The notes beneath the pieces are model-generated. The model worked only from the letters and a program-made list of their open reading frames with translations. It ran no database searches and was not told the DNA's origin. A stretch of DNA of 53,611 bases, the filler included, from Asterionella formosa (taxonomy: Eukaryota), in assembly GCA_002256025.1 (NCBI GenBank). It is 4 parts of 4 records of this genome, joined end to end, with 100 filler letters (N's around TTAATTAATTAA, not from the genome) between each part and the next. Parts side by side here need not be neighbours in the genome. Positions count along the whole stretch, not along the records: positions 40,290 to 53,611 come from NKIB01006791.1; 3 more parts are not named here. One strand, given 5' to 3'. Shown piece by piece: positions 50,222 to 53,611 of this stretch (the stretch's first letter is position 1; each line of letters opens with the position of its first letter). The translations under genes and the position numbers were made by a program.

Positions 50222-53200
50222 TCACACATATTCACCTGCAAACTCATTCTTCACCCATTTGATAATACCAGCATGGTCACAAACAAGGACCAGATGTTTC
50301 TTCCATTCAGAATGCTTGTCTTTCTGAGCCTTTTTAGCAATTAATTCATATGATGCTCCAACAATTTCAGTTAGCTTTTCCCTATCCAATTCAAGAATAG
50401 GAGTATGTTGAGTTGCACTTCTCCCTAAAAGGAGTTCATCAGTCCTTGCGATGAGCTCTTTTGTAAGTGGATCACTTATCATATCCATGACAAACTTCTC
50501 AATTGATTCGATTGGACCATGCAGACCAGTGGTAACTTTACTAGCAGCAGCTGCAACTTTAAGGAGGAATATAGCACATTTTATGGCAGGTGCAACACTT
50601 GTCACCCATTGCTTGGTAACCTTGGTAGTAATACATGCTTCTGTTACAACATTAAATGAATGCTGACAAACAAAGAATATCTGCACTTCAGTTTTCACCA
50701 TGCTTCTTGGCCACATCCAGATTGGGGCCCCTTTATTACTGGATGGTACTATGTAGACAATTCTGGGACACACTTCCTTTACTCCAGCAGCAAAAATCGC
50801 AAGGGCCTTTGTCATTCGTGACTCTTGATGAGAGATCTTCTTCAGAATCTCTTGTTGATACCGATAAAGTTTTGACCATTTGTCATGTTCGATTTGTTCC
50901 TTCAGGTGAAGTTTATACAGATTGCTGGTCAAGATTTGGCTCTTGTATATGTCCTCATTAGAAAATAGCCTGTCACAACCAAGGACTGGGCACTGAATGG
51001 TCATCTCACCAAGAAGCTTATGAACATGATTCTCAAAACAATGTTTGCATGTGAAATGATCTTTGCAAATGGAAACAGAAGAAGAAAATTTGGCGCACAA
51101 GACACACTGTTCAGTGCTTTCATTCAAGCTTGCTGTTCCGGTTTTTCCACAGGATGCTGTGGGGCTTCCAGCAATATGATATGTTTGACTTACAAGTCGA
51201 CCCATTTCTTCAACCAATTCAATAGTCTTTGGCCTCTTCGTGCGCTTAGTCTGAATGCAACGAATGGCTAATGAGCACACAGAGGACAAAATTCCATCAT
51301 CCCATTCATCTGCAAGAGGATCAGCATCCTCTTCCAATGAGGACCCTTCGCACTCTTCAATGTAGCGATCATAGAAATCTCCCATCTGCCCATTTTGGAG
51401 GCAGCCTGTCACAAGCTCAATCATGACAATGCCAAACGAGTAAACATCACAGCATGCTTCAAATGTCTTTTTCCCATGCGAATACCATGGACATATGTAG
51501 CCAAGCGTCCCAAAGACTCCACCATTTGATGCATTCTGAAGTGACATCGGAATCGCACTGGTTGAAATTGAGTCATCCACAGGCACAAACTTGCCTAGGC
51601 CACAATCAATCAGTTTGGCAGTATAGTTCTGTTGAAGGCAGATATTAGCCGACTTGATGTCGCGATGAAACAGAATGAAGTTGTCACTTTTCTCAGTATG
51701 GAGGCAGTGGATGGCACGAATAATGTCAAACATGATTCGAAGTCGGATCTCACTCGAGAGGCTTGCTCTGCTTCGTTCACTTGCATAAAATTTATCAAGA
51801 GAACCCTTGGATGTAAACTCATACACCAGGTATTGAGCAGGCGTATCAGAGGACAAATAATAGCCATACAAAGATACGATATGGGGGTGTCGGAACCTCT
51901 TTAATGCCTGAAACAGTAAAAGAGAAGAATGAGAAACATAAAGTCTTGTCAAGACATGATGCACTATTTGATACTACACATGAGCTCACCTCCAATTCAA
52001 TTTTAAAACTCTTGCTGATTTCCTGTAACGTATCTTTCTCAACAGCAACATTGAAAAGAAGACATTTAACAGCAAAATACCGATTGTCAAACTTGCCTTT
52101 GTAGACAGCACCAAAAGCTCCTTCACCTAGTTTCAAGGCTTCATCAAAGTTGTTTGTACAACTATTAATGAATTCTACAGGAAGCTCAATTGGTATAGAA
52201 TTCACATTGTCCATAACTGCCTTCATTTTCGACCGGCCTATGGAAATGGGATCAGTGGAACTGCTACCGCTTGGTGTTGGAGTTGTTGGGTAAGAGAGAC
52301 CCATTGTATTTGTATTTGATGCTGTTGCTGTTGCTGTTACTTTTATTGTTGTTTTTGTTGTTGAGTTTGGCTGACTTGTGATGGCTGATTGTTCATGGGC
52401 CTTCTTTGCATCAACAAGTCTTTGAATTTCATTTATTAGATTGGCACCAATTGAGTTATCCTTGGATGAATGAGTCTTCATCGCAGAAATAATCGTTGTG
52501 ATACCTCCTGCTTCAGCAATCGTCACCTTGTTGTTGTCATTATTTTCAGCCAAGTTCTGAAGTGCTCCACAACCAAAGTATTGAACATTAGCATTGGCTG
52601 AATGAGTCTTCATCGCAGACAGAATCGTAGTGATACCACCTGCTTCAACAATCATCTCCTTGTTGTTTTCATTCATAGCCAAGTTCTGAAGTGCTCCACA
52701 ACCATAGTCTTGCACATCCGCATTAGATGAATGATTCTTCATCGCAGACAGAATCATAGTGATCCCACCTCCTTCAGAAATCATCACCTTGTTGTTGTCA
52801 TTATTCTCAGCCAAATTCTGAAGTGCTCCACAACCGTTTTGTTGAACATTTGCAATGAATGAATGAGTCTTCATCGCAAAGAGAATCGTAGTGATACCTC
52901 CTGCTTCAGCAATCGTCACCTGGTTGTTTTCATTCACAGCCAAGATATTAAGTGCTGCACAACAAACATCTTGAACATAAGCAATGGATGAATGATTCTT
53001 CATTGAAGACAGAATCGTAGTGATGCCTCCAGCTTCGGCAATCGTCACCTTGTTGTTGTCGTTGTTCTCAGCCAAGTTCTGAAGTACTCCACAACCACAG
53101 TCTTGCAAATTAGCATTGGATGAATGATTCTTCATCGCAGAAAGAATCGTAGTGATGCCTCCTGCTTAAGCAATCGTCACCTTGTTGTTGTCATTATTCC

Positions 53201-53611
53201 CAGCCAAGTTCTGAAGTGCTCCACAACCATTTTGTTGAACATTTGCAATGGATGAATGATTCTTCATTGCAGACAAAATCGTAGTGATACCTCCTGCTTC
53301 AGCAATCGCAACCTTGTCGTTGTCATTATTCCCAGCCAAGTTCCGAAGTACTCCACAACCAAAGTGCTGAACCTTGGCATTTGATGAATGAGTCTTCATC
53401 GCAGACAGAATCGTAGTTATACCTCCTGCTTCAGAAATCGTCACCTGGTTGTTGTCATTATTCCCAACCAAGTTTTTAAGTGCCCCACAACCAAAGTCTT
53501 GCACATCTACATTGGATAAGTGAGTGTTCATGGCAGACAGAATCGTAGTTATACCTCCTGCTTCAGCAATGGTCACCCTGTTGTTTTCATTCAAAGCCAA
53601 GTTCTGAAGTG
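50222..53611 (-). CDS. ARM-repeat / IRAK-Pelle-like kinase / RING-like / Roco-COR-like multidomain protein; 5' end missing; one in-frame TAA at 53166-53168; exons >53611-51990 and 51907-50222
   Basis: At least 9 ARM-like repeats of 43-44 aa. Kinase motifs CTNNFDEALKLGEGAFGAVYKG, FAVK, FKIELE|ALKRFRHPHIVSLYG, HRDIKSAN, DCGLGK, GTLGY, DVYSFGIVMIELVTG. Zn finger CVLC..C.DH..CKHC..CPVLGC. Tail CPRIVYIVP..FFVCQHS..WVTSVAP..WV. The 82-bp GT-AG intron 51908-51989 is frame-consistent. Confidence 0.85.
52470..53611 (-). repeat. Coding tandem repeat, 129/132-bp units (ARM repeats), at least 9 copies
   Basis: AATCGTAGTGATACCTCCTGCTTCAGCAATCG recurs at 129-132 bp spacing (e.g. ~52888, 53017, 53149, 53281). 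The contig ends inside the array. Confidence 0.97.

Overview
Eukaryotic (diatom-like) nuclear DNA, judged from a fucoxanthin-chlorophyll Lhcf gene, ASAFAP-type bipartite plastid presequences and short GT-AG introns. The window is four contigs of almost identical length (about 13.3 kb) joined by artificial 100-nt spacers (N44-TTAATTAATTAA-N44), so adjacency across spacers carries no biological meaning. Contig 1 (1-13336): a ~195-bp satellite with higher-order structure, a plastid signal peptidase I, an Lhcf gene, an RTEL1-like helicase with a C-terminal RING, and an HSF transcription factor. Contig 2 (13437-26761): a degenerate FkbM-like protein, a PFK-2/FBPase-2 lacking the phosphatase His, a plastid triose-phosphate translocator, and an internally deleted DNA transposon. 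Contig 3 (26862-40189): mostly a decayed Plavaka/CACTA-like element with transposase, convergent Ulp1-like protease and an accessory ORF. Contig 4 (40290-53611): another copy of that element, two LINE remnants and the most interesting gene, a receptor-like protein with near-identical ARM repeats carrying a hypervariable residue pair, an IRAK/Pelle-like kinase, a RING-like finger and a Roco/COR-like tail. All family calls come from reading motifs by eye; no database search was run.
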